Origin: Lama glama
Taxonomy: Eukaryota
Assembly: GCA_028534125.1 (NCBI GenBank)
Contig: CM052818.1
Location: forward strand, 2,854,001-2,918,000
Direction of reading: 5' to 3'
Length of the DNA stretch: 64,000 nt
In this document: positions 1 through 11,230 of the stretch, in pieces
How the letters are laid out: each line of letters starts with the position of its first letter
How positions within the stretch are numbered: position 1 is the stretch's first letter
Made by a program: the position numbers and the translations under genes
Notes under the pieces: generated by a model
Told to the model about the DNA's origin: nothing
Databases searched by the model: none
What the model saw: only the letters and a program-made list of their open reading frames with translations

Positions 1-237
1 TGTTGTTTATCTATTTTATATATAGTAGTTAGTATCTGCTAATCCTGAGCCCCCAGTTTATCCCTCCCCACCCCCCTCCCCCAAGCCGTGGCCATAAGTT
101 TGTTTTCTACATCTGTGAGTCTGTCTCTGTTTTGCAAATAAGTTCATTTGTGTCTTTTTTTTTTTTTTTTTAGATTCCACATGTAGGTGATAATCATATG
201 GTATTTTTCTTTCTCTTTCTGGCTTGCTTCATTTAGC
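1..237 (-). mobile_element. LINE-1 3' end fragment (Laurasiatherian type), antisense, in ADD2 intron
   Basis: Typical antisense L1 3' UTR text (ccataagtttgttttct...gtgagtctgt...ttagattccacat...gtatttttctttctct). Confidence 0.85.
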
Positions 238-506
238 ACCTCCCTCAAAGATCTACTATGCCTCGTTTCACTCTTCACCTCTTCCCATGACCTTCTGGGA
301 GTGAATGAGAATCTGGTGTTTGCATAAACTGCTCATTCACTCTGGAGTAGCCATGGAGATTGTCTCAGGGTGGATGGACTGAGTTAGAAACAGAGGCTCG
401 CATACCACTGAGTGACCTTTTTATTGTGCCCTGGGAATGCTCCCTCCCTAACTCCACACCCTGTCGTTGGACAGCTAGCTCACTGTCCCCCTCCCTTTGC
501 ACACAG

Positions 507-596
507 ATTCGAGAACAAAACCGACAGGACGTGAAGTCGGCAGGGCCTCAGTCCCAGCTGCTGGCGAGTGTCATCGCTGAGAAGAGCCGAAGCCCG
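507..596 (+). CDS. ADD2: Beta-adducin internal coding exon ([30 protein letters not shown])
   Basis: Polypyrimidine tract and acacAG acceptor (505-506), GTacag donor (597), 90 nt, phase 0/0. Peptide recognised as beta-adducin. Confidence 0.97.
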
Positions 597-683
597 GTAC
601 AGCAGACGCTGCCCCTGTCTGGAGGGGAAACGTGTTTGCCTCCTGAGTCTGCAGTGCCCGGGGCTGGGCAGCAGGACCCCTGA
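597..683 (+). CDS. ADD2: Alternative C-terminus of the short beta-2/ADD63-type isoform by intron read-through ([28 protein letters not shown])
   Basis: In-frame continuation past the 597 donor for 28 codons to TGA 681-683. Closely resembles the human isoform-2 tail as recalled (VEQRLPLTGGETCLPSGSSVPGAGLQDP). Confidence 0.85.
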   Translation, partial: VQQTLPLSGGETCLPPESAVPGAGQQDP

Positions 684-1080
684 GTCCTCACGCCCGCCTT
701 CCCCTGTGATCTTGGGCGCTGGTGCTCTTGCTGCAAAACGGATGCTGTGAGGACTGGGGACACTGATCATCCCCCGTGGGCACCAGGCAGGGGAAGAGCA
801 GCCCAGCCCGCCCACGGGAGTGATGCCAACTTCCATGCTTTCCCCATGGAACTCCCCTCTGCCGTCTGTCAGGGTCGCGCAAAGTGGGATCACAGGAGTG
901 CAGCTGGCCGCTCCCAGCGGCTCCAGGCCTGCCTTCCCTGAGCAATTCTGGCTTCTGCTCGTGGCATCATCCGTCCATAGCTCTGGGAAGATGCTCGCGT
1001 GCTCTCAGAGGGGAGATGTGTAGATAAGGACTGGTGCTCCCATAGGATGGCAAGGGGCACAGACCCACATAGAGTTAGAA

Positions 1081-1086
1081 AATAAA
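1081..1086 (+). terminator. ADD2: Candidate intronic poly(A) signal for the short ADD2 isoform
   Basis: AATAAA ~400 nt after the read-through stop, followed by GU/U-rich tgttgttttcatgtgtg. Confidence 0.5.
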
Positions 1087-2223
1087 AGCTTGTTGTTTTC
1101 ATGTGTGAGATAGAACAGTGTTTATCTAGTGCTTAGCAGAAAGGGTGAGGGTCAGAAGTCTGGCTTGTGTCAGAAATCATCACTGCTTATTGCAAAGTAT
1201 TCCTTAGCAGTAAGGAGCCGGGGAATACAGGAACCACCCCTCTCTGCAGAGCAAACAGGGGTGATGTCATGACTTCAGATTGCCTACAGCCAGCAAGGTG
1301 GCCTCTTAGGGGAAATGTGAAGGTTGTGTCCTCACCTCCACCCCACCTCAGCTCAGCCAAGAGGAGGAACATCAAATGTGCCATAGGGTCAAGGATAGAA
1401 ATACCGCATAATAGTGGAGACAGATGAGAGTTCAATCCAGTGAGCAAAATTAATGAAAACTCTGCTATTTATACCAGTGCTCTCCTCGGAGCCCCTCTTC
1501 TTGGGATCCTGGTCTTGGACTCTCTTTTGAATCCCATGATTCCTTAAGACAGGCCTGGTGCTGCCCCTCTTTTGGAAGGAGCCCATGGGCCTGTCATCAG
1601 AAGACCCGAGGGGCCAGGGAAAGGTGGCCCGGAGTGCGAGGTGTGGGCCAGCTGCCCAGGCTCACCTCCCCGGGGGTTCACGTTCTTTGTCTCCTCCCTG
1701 GCTTCCAAGCACGCCCTTCTCAAAGGCCAAGATGAGGATGCTGAATTAGGAAAAAGCACTGTAGAGTCTGAACTTTAGTCCCTGGCTTGAGCTAGAGGGG
1801 TCAAAGGATTCCTGAAGCTTACACGAGGCCCGGCTGGTGAGTCCCTCAGAGCCAGGGGATCCACAAAGGTGGTGAAACACAGTGATTTTGCCAGTGACCC
1901 TGCAGGGACCTGCAGTACAGGTCGGGTGAAGATCCAAGATTTAGGTCCTTGGCCTCCTTATAATTTATGACTGTGTGTGAAACAGGACTAACAGTTTGGA
2001 CTGAGAACGCCAAAGCCACTGTGTGTTTGGCATGTGACTTACTGCTGTGTGCTGTGGCTTGTGCTGCTGGTGGGGAATCGGGGGTGGGGGGTGGGGCAGG
2101 GGGTGGGGTGTGCCTGGCATGAGCTGGCTGAGCCCACGCTTTGCTTGCTGGGTTTTGGCTGACTGTGGGCCGCCGGCTGTATTTGCCTAGTGATGGCTTA
2201 CGAGCGTCCATAGGAGAGATTGC

Positions 2224-2229
2224 AATAAA
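2224..2229 (+). terminator. ADD2: Second candidate intronic poly(A) signal for the short ADD2 isoform
   Basis: AATAAA followed by U-rich tttggttttattt ~30-40 nt downstream, before the next exon. Confidence 0.5.
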
Positions 2230-2517
2230 GGCGTGTCTTCCTTCTGCTTGGGAGCATCCTTTGGTTTTATTTCCGGGGTTAGAGGGAGGACACCCTGCAT
2301 TCATCTAGGCAGTTGCAAAGCATCTGGGTCTAGCAGTGAGGCAGCCATGGGAAGGAGTGAACAACCCCCACCCCGAGGTCCTGAGCTGTTTCCAAGGAGC
2401 TGCATGCCACGCTGTCCCTAGCAAGACCACGGGCAGCCACATGAGTGTGAAGGAAACTCGGGCCTGGGCCCCGACCGCGGCGTTCAGAGAGCGACACACT
2501 CTGTGGTTGACTTTCAG

Positions 2518-2665
2518 TCTACAGAGAGCCAGCTGATGTCCCAGGGCCAGGCGGACACCAAAGACGAGTCAGAGGAGACGGTGCCCAACCCCTTCAGCCA
2601 ACTCACTGACCAGGAGCTGGAGGAGTACAAGAAAGAGGTGGAGAGGAAGAAGCTGGAACTTGACG
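2518..2665 (+). CDS. ADD2: Beta-adducin coding exon ([50 protein letters not shown])
   Basis: ctttcAG acceptor (2516-2517), GTaaat donor (2666), 148 nt, phase 0/1. Contains the adducin [21 protein letters not shown] motif. Not captured by the ORF track. Confidence 0.97.
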
Positions 2666-3971
2666 GTAAATAACGCGGGGGCACCGGTGCTACAGGACCT
2701 CCCAGGATGGAGGGAGGGCTACTCGCCAGTACCCCTGGGCCCCATCCCTTCCTGCCTGCCTGGGCCCTGGCCTTGTCTTGCTTTCATTTTCAATCTTCAT
2801 TTGCTTCTCTCACTCTCTGTCTCTTCTGTGTCATGCCCTCAACTTGACCTTCCTGCTTCATCACTAAATAGATTCTTTTTGAGCGTAATGCTGTTAACCC
2901 CAAGAACGCCCCTCATTGGCTCATGCCTGACAGTTAACGAGCTGCCGCCGTGACCCCCCGACCCTCTCCCCTGGGTAGAAGGAGTTAATCTGTGTGGGGT
3001 GCTTGGAATAGTGCCTGGAAATCTGGCTTAGGTCGGTGAACATCAGACAAATGTTAGCTATAATAATAGGATCATTATAATAATGATAATTATTATTAAT
3101 GACCGATCAGATTTGGCATAAACCTCTTAGCCTGGCAATCAGAACTCTCCACCCACGGAGTCCTTTATGTCAGAATCTCGGTCAAGCCCATCCCTCCGTG
3201 CTGGCTCCCAAACAGTCAGGCTGCTGGTAGCTTGTTCATGCCTTTGTCCTTTCCTGTTATAGTTGCCCTTCTCGGCTTGCCTGATTGAACGTATCTACGC
3301 TCCAGGCTCCGTCACAAACCCCTGTCTGGCTAGGAAATCCTCTCTGTCCCCTACGTTGATCTGTCTCTTCTCTTTGCTTTAAGTCTGGGGATCTGAGACA
3401 CAGAATCAGCTCTTGGTTTGGTCCGCCAGGCAAGGCTTCCATTCCTTCAGGGCAGAGCTGCCTTCCGTGCCCCCAGCCCCCAACCCCCGCCGCCCGCCCA
3501 GAGTCAGCCCTTCTCCCAGGCACAAAGCAGGCACTAGACGAACCCTCCCTGGCTTGCTTGGAGTTCTCAGGTCTCAGCTGAAAAAAACGTAGATAGAAAA
3601 ATACCGTGCTATTTGTCTCTGGAGATTGTTTGGGCTGAACGTGCAAATGAGGTAAATAATAAATGAGCAACATGTGAACAAATTGTGGGCGGGAATTCTG
3701 CAGTCTTGCCGTCCACATCAGGGGTACCATATTCCAACGATGGATGTGCTTTGATGGAAGAAACAAAACATGACTCTCACTCCGCCCATTTGCCTTCCCC
3801 AGGATGTAGCAGAAATTTAAAAAAGAAAAAAAGTTAGGGGAAGCAGCTAACTCCAGTCGGGAGAAATGAGAACGAAGTAGGAGAAAGCCACTGTTTTAAA
3901 GCGCGCTCTCTCTCTCTGCCCATCTCTCCTCTGCTCCACCTCTGTCCTGAGGCAGTTTTCTGTGTTTGCAG

Positions 3972-4097
3972 GAGAGAAAGAACCCACCGCAGAGGAGCCT
4001 GGCTCACCTGTAAAGTCTGCACCTGCTTCTCCAGCTCAGAGTCCAGCCAGGTCCGAGACGAAGAGCCCCGCGGTCTCTCCCTCCAAGTCTTTGGCTG
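3972..4097 (+). CDS. ADD2: Beta-adducin penultimate coding exon ([43 protein letters not shown])
   Basis: tgtttgcAG acceptor (3970-3971), GTgagt donor (4098), 126 nt, phase 1/1. Joins in frame to both neighbours. SP-rich tail peptide. Confidence 0.95.
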
Positions 4098-4427
4098 GTG
4101 AGTGGAGCTGACAGCCGGGAGGGAGGAGATTTCCCCACAGGCTGAGACAGGGGTCTGCGTGCAAGGCGGGCAGGTGCGCACACCGCAGGGCCCCCGCCTT
4201 TCAACAGATGTTGCCTTCCTCCCAGAAACTCTTTCCCCTCTGCTATTTCTAGGGAACCTGATATAGGGGTTGTCAGCTTTTAGCTTGTTCCCTTCACAAG
4301 TTGTGGCAATACGCCTTACGGTTTACGCCCGGTCTAGCAAGGCTGCGTAAGTTAGTGAGTGGCCCACGGTCTCCTCATCTCTCACTCAGACCAGTTTGGC
4401 TGATGGGCTTTTCTTAGAAGCACCAGC

Positions 4428-4740
4428 CCAGTGCTCAGACTTTCATGTGCACAGGGATCACCTAGGGATCTTGTTAAAATGAAGGTGCTGTAGGTCTGGG
4501 GTGGGACCTGAGTCCCGGCATTTCCAGCGAGCCCCCAGGATGAGGCTGAGAACGTCCTTCTCAACCTTGTCTGCATGCTGGAATCACCTGGGGGGCTCAA
4601 CGAGCCTGACAGCTGCCTGGGTCCCACCCCCACAGTGGTTCTGAGTTGAGTGGTCTGGGGGTGAGGGCCGGGAAGAGCAGCTTAGAGTTTTAAGATCTCT
4701 ACAGGTGAATCTCATGTGTAGCCTAGGTTGAAAACCACTT
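4428..4740. mobile_element. Two adjacent MER5-like hAT-Charlie DNA transposon relics
   Basis: Motifs gatcacctagggatcttgttaaaatg...ggtctggggtgggacctgag and gaatcacctgggg...ttgaaaaccact. Confidence 0.7.
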
Positions 4741-4754
4741 CCTTAGACACTAGA

Positions 4755-4900
4755 TTAGAGAACTGAGTTCTAAGCCCAACTCAGCTGCTGATTTTAGAAA
4801 ATCAGACCATCTCTCTGCCTCAGTTTCCTTGTCTGTCAAATGGGGCTACTAAGATTTTCCCTTTTTAAGATTCTATAAGAGAAGTTGTAGATGATAACAT
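4755..4900 (+). mobile_element. MIR SINE
   Basis: Core ctctctgcctcagtttccttgtctgtcaaatgggg. Confidence 0.7.
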
Positions 4901-6804
4901 ACTTGAAAAGGGTAAAAGCATGGTTTAAATGTAAGATTGAATTACGGTTACGATTAGTAATATACATATGGTGGATAATATAGTCCATACCTCCTAGATC
5001 ATGAAACTGTCTTTATTGAGCCCTTGGAATCATTCTGGGGCATGAACACTGCCCCCCTGGGTTCCCCGGAGCCCTCGCCAAGGAAGGCTGTACCCTATGG
5101 AGAGAATACAGATAGATGGCCTGACAGAACCATCCCCCTCCTGGTTAGAATGGCCGGACACATGGATGCTGCTAGACCCCACACCCCCTGAGCTCCCTCC
5201 GTAGGTGAATTGCCGCCTTGAGCACAGGCCCAGCGTTGCCAGGGGAAACCCATCTGCTTGAGGCCAGAGCCCCGAGTGGGTGTCCCATGACTGTGTTCAT
5301 TGTTGTCAGCCTGTCTCCACAGCGTCTTCCTTTCTCTTCCCATTTGTGCCTTCACCAAAGGAGTTTCCTCTGATTCTGAATACTCGTCTCTGTAGTGAGT
5401 ATAGAGAGGCCGTTTACTAACTCACCCCAACACTCGCAATGCAAGGAGGGAGGACTTTTTCAAAGGACATATGTTGCTCCCCAATTTTTTCTTTTGCAAC
5501 TCACAGCTCTGCCTTCGGGAGGTTTCCTGACTATAAAATTCATGACCAATCCCACACATGCTGTGCATGGACCAGGCGTCCCTCCAGGATAGACACACAC
5601 AGGATGCAGTCTTACACACACTCCCATCCTCACACAAGCCACACCACCCACAAGCAACGAGCCCCCCCAGTGAGTGGGCAGTGGGACCAGCTGCTGGGTG
5701 CTCCCTGTGGTGGAGTGTTTATGGCTCTCGGCAGTATATGTACGTCCCTGTTCCTAATGCATGTGCCCCTCCAAGGAGCCTATGACCTCCTCTAGAATTG
5801 TGGGCCAGAGCCTGAATGGCCTTGGGGAACCACCGCCTTATCGAGATGCATCGAGCACCTGGCCTGACTGCCGTCTGCAGCATCCTGACACCAACTGCAG
5901 GAAGGCAGTCCCGCTGGAGAGGAGGCTTGTAGCAGCAGTGGGACAAAGGGTGGCAATTCCACTGCAGCTCTTGGGAGCCCCTGGGAACGACCTCTGTGAT
6001 TCAGTGGGACAGAGGATGGAGAGGGGCATGGGAGGGGCGAGATAACTGCTTCCCCACCCCCGCCGCCCGACACCATTCCCACGGCAGCCAGGTTCTGCTT
6101 CTCTCTGGTCCACATCGACGCTCTGTGGAGCAACACATCCTGGTTGAGTTGTTGGGAAAGACCTCCTATAACACAGACAGAGCTTGGAAGCATGGACCGC
6201 CTTGGAGAAGACCCCGCCTGATAAAGCACCGCTGGTAGCTGTCTGGGGTGGCCACTCCTCGGGGCGACAGGACTGACCCTCCGAGCAGCATCTGCACTTC
6301 CACATTTAGCTCACCCCTCAGATCAGAAGTGGCTTTTTCACCATTTGTCACCACCCTCTCAAAGCCTCTTGTGTTAAGTCACCTCGGTGTCACTCCGATC
6401 TGTGTCCCTGACTCTGACCCCATCAGCCTCTCTGAAGAGTCTTTCAAAGTCTCTTCCCTCACATCTGGCCAACTCTGGCGTCACCTTGTCTTTGACCAGC
6501 TCCTGACTGTCCCACCCTAGCTGCTGACTCCATCCCCCAGAGACCCCTGAGGAGCACTGGCTATGCCTGCAAAGAAATAGCCCTGCGTGTGACGTCAGAT
6601 GGTCGGCTGTTGCTTACTGATTTAGCCATCTTGAATAAGTTGCTTAAAACACCACAGAATGGGGGACTGACACAAACCCTTGCCTTTCCTAACTCACAGC
6701 ATTTTTACCAAGATAAAATGAGCTAATAAATATAAAAAGAACATGTAATGTGCTTATATAAATTAGTTCTCATTCTATCCTGTGTTCTCAGGATTGTGAG
6801 AGAG

Positions 6805-7355
6805 AACATCCCACCTGCTCTTTTAAGCCACTAAGTTTTGGGGGCTGTTTGTTACACAGCCATAGGTAATTATTAAATCCTAGTGCATAATAAGAACTGG
6901 CTTTATGGAAATTAGTTCTCTTGTGGGTTGACTTGGCTCAGCTGGATGGTTCCTCTGCTCTGCTGATGTCAGCTAGGGCTGCAGTCATCTGGGTGCCTGA
7001 CTAAACTAGGACTTCCCAGATGATGCGATGCCTTGGCAGGTGCCTTGGCAGCTGGAAGGCCGGGCTCAGCTGGGACAATGGAATGGCTGCGCCTCTTTGT
7101 CTGTCTGTTTGTCTGTCTCTGTCTCTATCCATGTGATTCTGGATCCTTTCCATGTGGTCTCTCCATCTGTGTCTCCATCAAGGTAGTTGGACACCATACA
7201 TGGTGGTTTAGGGCTCCCCAAACTACAGAAGCGGAAGTTGCTAGGTCTTCTTAATTTTCCTGCCTGAGGCTGGCTCAGTGGCACTTCCTCTGCATCCTGT
7301 TGGATCCTCTGAGCCACAGGGCCAGCCCTGTGGGAAGGGACCACACCCAAGTGTA
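6805..7355. mobile_element. MLT1 (ERVL-MaLR) LTR fragments
   Basis: ttttaagccactaagttttggg...tttgttacacagc 3' motif and antisense MLT1-like text (ggctcagctgga...gcagtcatctgg...ggcacttcctctgcat). Confidence 0.65.
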
Positions 7356-9606
7356 GGCTCCTAAAAAAAAAAGAGAGAGAGAGAGAATGAAACATGCAAG
7401 GATAAAATCAACATATTGGTAGCTGGTTTAGAGAAGGGCAAGTCCATTGTCAATGTCAAGAGAGGCTTGAACCAGACCTTGGGGAGGTGTTTGCTTAGAC
7501 TGGCAGATAAGAGTAGAGTGGGTGGTCCAGGAAGGGGGCGTTCCTGGGAGTGGACCTTGAGGACTGCAAGGCAAGTATTTGGAGGCAGAGAAGGAGTAGT
7601 GAAGAATCCAGTCGGTGAGGTAGAGGACCCAAACAAGCTCGGCGTCTCCCCACTGAAGCACCCCTATTCCTCCTCCAGCCTCTGCAAGCCTGTCAGTCCT
7701 TTGTCTCCCAGCCCACAAGGATGTGGAAATGGACCCTGGCTGCCATGTTCAGTCTTGCCACAAACCACCCATTCTCCCTGTCTCCTCTCCCCTTCCCCCT
7801 GCTTCACTATCCTTGGTGTCTTTGGCCACCATCCTCGGACAGAGCTTCCCCTTCTCCAGCCTCTGCCCTACACCTGTCTCCTACTCCCAGAATTCCAAGT
7901 GCCCTATCTAAGAGAGAAAGCTGGTGGTCCTTAGGGGATGCTGGACGGTGAGTTTCCATCTGCCCCTAGCTCCTGGGTCCCTTCCCAGCCTGGTCTTCTA
8001 ATAGCTGAAGACCACATAATTCTGACCTTAACTGTCCTGGGCTGTTAACAGAAGAGGGATCTGAGCTCTCAGAGCTGATCCTTGATACTTTCCTAGGGTC
8101 CAATAAGGATTGATTTCTAGAGCCCTGTCCTGCTGCCCCTCCTCTTGGCCAACCACAGCCTCCAGTGGCCTCTGTCCCCTCCAGCTGAGGGAGTGGGGAC
8201 CTCAGTTTGGAACCTGACTCCAGGGTCCGTGATGCCTCCCTGCCCCACCTTCCATTTGCTGCTGCTCCCCCAAACAAGTCACAGCATGGCAGCTCTCTGA
8301 GATGCTGACGGTGCGCTCGGGGTGGCTTCACTTTCTGGATGGTGAGAAGAACCCTGGGTGTGCTCTCCTAAACCAACACACAGATGGGGCCGAGGCTGTG
8401 GGTGAGGCTGAGTGCAGGGTGGGTGTGGGTGGAAGATGCTGTTGGGGTGAGGGTACCCATCACCACTGGGGCAGGAAATGGCGGTGGGACAGCAAGAGGG
8501 AGCCCTCTAATTCAAAATTGTGTTCATGGAGCTGGAAGGCAGGTAACAAAGTCATCTGAGAGGGTGAGGCTTGAGAAACACGTCCTCATGGGTCATTCAA
8601 GTGAGGGTCTGCATTGAGGTGCACGGTCATGGGAGTTACAGGCGCCCAGGAGGAGGAGAGTGGGAACAGGGGACGAAGGCCAGCTGTTTGTTTACTGTCT
8701 GGGTCCAGTTCAGCATAGAAGGCTCGGGCTGGGACAGACAAGAAAGAAGATATGAGGTACGGTGTTGGCTTGGTTAGAATAAAACCATTCACACATTCAT
8801 TTGTTCGCTCATGCATTCAGCCCTTCATGGATTCCACAAACATTATCTCCTATAAGCCAGTTACATAAATAATTAGACAGTCTTGTCTAGTTTATTTCAG
8901 TTTTGAGGAGGGAGATAGGCAGAAAAAGGAAGCGTGATTGTTTTACAGCTGCTATGATGGAAATTTATACAGTCGGGGCAGAAGGAGAAGGAGTGACAAA
9001 TTCTACCTGGAAGCCGGGATGCGATCAGGAAAGACTTTCGGGGAGGGGAACCACTCAAGTTGATTCACTGTGTGGAGTGAAGGTTGGGGACACGGAGAAG
9101 AGAGAGGAGGGCCTTCCAGACCGAGGGAAACAGACTGTGATGGCAAGGAGGGGACCCGGGAACAGAGGGTTCATGAGGCCAAAGAGCAGGTGAAGAGAGG
9201 AGAGTGGTCAGGGAGAAGGTCGTGTCTGGGCTGGTCTCCTGCACTGAAGAGTATTGCCAGTGATGACCATGGGACTGCAAGAGGGGAGGGGAGGGCAGTC
9301 AAGGGCGTTAGAGAACTTGGTAGCTGGATGGTGGCTGGATGCAGGCCAGGCAGTAGGAAGGCTGGGAGCTGGGGGCCAAGGTCTCTGGTACTCAGAGAGG
9401 GACAGTCCTCAGGAGCCGTCTAGGGGAGGACTTTGACTTGCCCAGAGAATTTCAGAAGTTACAAAAGACCTCATTATAAGAGCCTGCCCAGATAGTCAAA
9501 CTAGCCCATTCTGTTGTCCCCAGATTTACCCATCTGTCCCATCTTCCATGGAACCATACATTTCTCTGGTCTTTACCCCAACAAGAACCCCCGCCTTTTC
9601 CTAAGA

Positions 9607-9634
<28 letters not shown>
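9607..9634. repeat. (TG)14 microsatellite
   Basis: Seen directly. Confidence 0.95.
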
Positions 9635-9638
<4 letters not shown>

Positions 9639-10663
9639 GCCCCACTCCTTCTGTAAGTGACACCGGTCACACCTTCCCCCAGTACCCGCACTCCCTCCTA
9701 GCAGAAGGGGTCAGGGTTCCTCTCTGTGACGTGATACCTCTCACACTCACACACATTCACACTCACACTCCACTCAGTTTCACACAGTACAGAGAACGTA
9801 AGCTGGGATGTCTGGGGGCTGAGGTCTGCCCACTTTGTTTTACCCAGTTTTCATATCTGTAAAACCATCTGTAAAACTAGCCAATCTCTACATCCCTTTC
9901 CACTTCTCAAAGTCTATGGTTTTATAATTTTCCCTCCGCCCTCCTGCCCGGGCATTTCGGTGCTTGCATGGAAGTGGAGCAGGGGGCGGTAGAGGGGAGA
10001 AAGGGTGGCGGGGAGGGTTTCGTTTCTGGCCTGATTGAGCAGGGTGGCAAACTGAACAGGTTCCCTGCTGCTAGAATGAGCCAGTCAGGCCTCTTCCCCC
10101 TGTGGTTAATCCTTACATCTTGGAAGCGCAGGGCCCACGCCCCTCGGGGAGCTCCCTCCTCCCTCGGCCAGCCCCAGATACTCTCCATTGTTCCAAAAGC
10201 TCCTCACTGGTGTAGGGAACGAAATGGGTGTGAAAACATGTCATTTCCATATTTTTACTGGTGAGACTGAACCAGTTACAACAATTCTCAGACACCTCAC
10301 CTGAGTTGGGCGTGATGCCCACCCCCCACCCCCCAGTGTCTCTGTAGCCTGCTCCCTCGTTCCGTGCCTAGGAAAGCTCTCAGTCGGTCCTCGCCGGGCG
10401 ATGCCACGTTTGCACATTGTTACCTGCTCACATTTGTAGACAAGAGCCCAGAGTCACTAACCTGCGAATGGGCTGTTTGCTGGGCAGGCCCTGTGGAAGG
10501 AGGTGAACAGAACCCCCTCCCCCTCCCCCTTACGACCCCAGCATCCCCTCCCACTGCTCAGGACTGACTTTACAGTATTGCTTAGAAATGGCTCCGTTAG
10601 CTCCAGGCAGAAGCTCTCGCTTGAATGAGATCTCATGGGTCCTGTCTTTGGATCTTTTTCTAG

Positions 10664-10971
10664 AAGACGCGAAGAAGACAGAGACAAGCCCAGCCCCTGC
10701 GGAGCCCGACACCACGCAGCCAGAAGGAGTGGTGGTCAACGGGCGGGAGGACGAGCCGACGGCAGAGGAGATCCTCAGCAAGGGCCTGAGCCAGATGACC
10801 ACCAGCGCCGACACGGACGTCGAGACCTCGAAGGACAAAACCGAGTCAGTCACCAGTGGCCCCATGTCCCCAGAGGGCTCGCCTTCCAAGTCTCCCTCGA
10901 AGAAGAAGAAGAAATTCCGAACGCCATCCTTCCTGAAGAAGAGCAAAAAGAAGGAGAAAGTGGAGTCCTGA
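10664..10971 (+). CDS. ADD2: Beta-adducin last coding exon with MARCKS-related basic domain (...[27 protein letters not shown])
   Basis: tttttctAG acceptor (10662-10663), phase 1, TGA at 10969-10971. Hallmark adducin C-terminus with the RTPS PKC site. Confidence 0.98.
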
Positions 10972-11109
10972 TTCGTGGCCCCCTTGGGCTCCCGTCCGCA
11001 TCCTCCCCCTCCCCTCTCCCCTTCTCCCATCTCCGTCCCTGGAAGCCCGGGGCCAAGGAGGGGTCAAATAGGACCCCCGATCACACTCTGACGGGAAATT
11101 TAGAGATCG

Positions 11110-11230
11110 CCCGACCATCCCCTCATTTTACGGTTGCCCCACAGAAACCAGGTGACTTTCCCCAGGTCACACAGCTAGCGAGTGGCAGAGCCGGCACTGG
11201 AATTCAGGTCCAGCGCTCTTTCCACGACAC
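11110..11230 (-). mobile_element. MIR fragment in ADD2 3' UTR
   Basis: cctcattttac...gtgactttccccaggtcacacagctagcgagtggcagagccgg. Confidence 0.65.
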
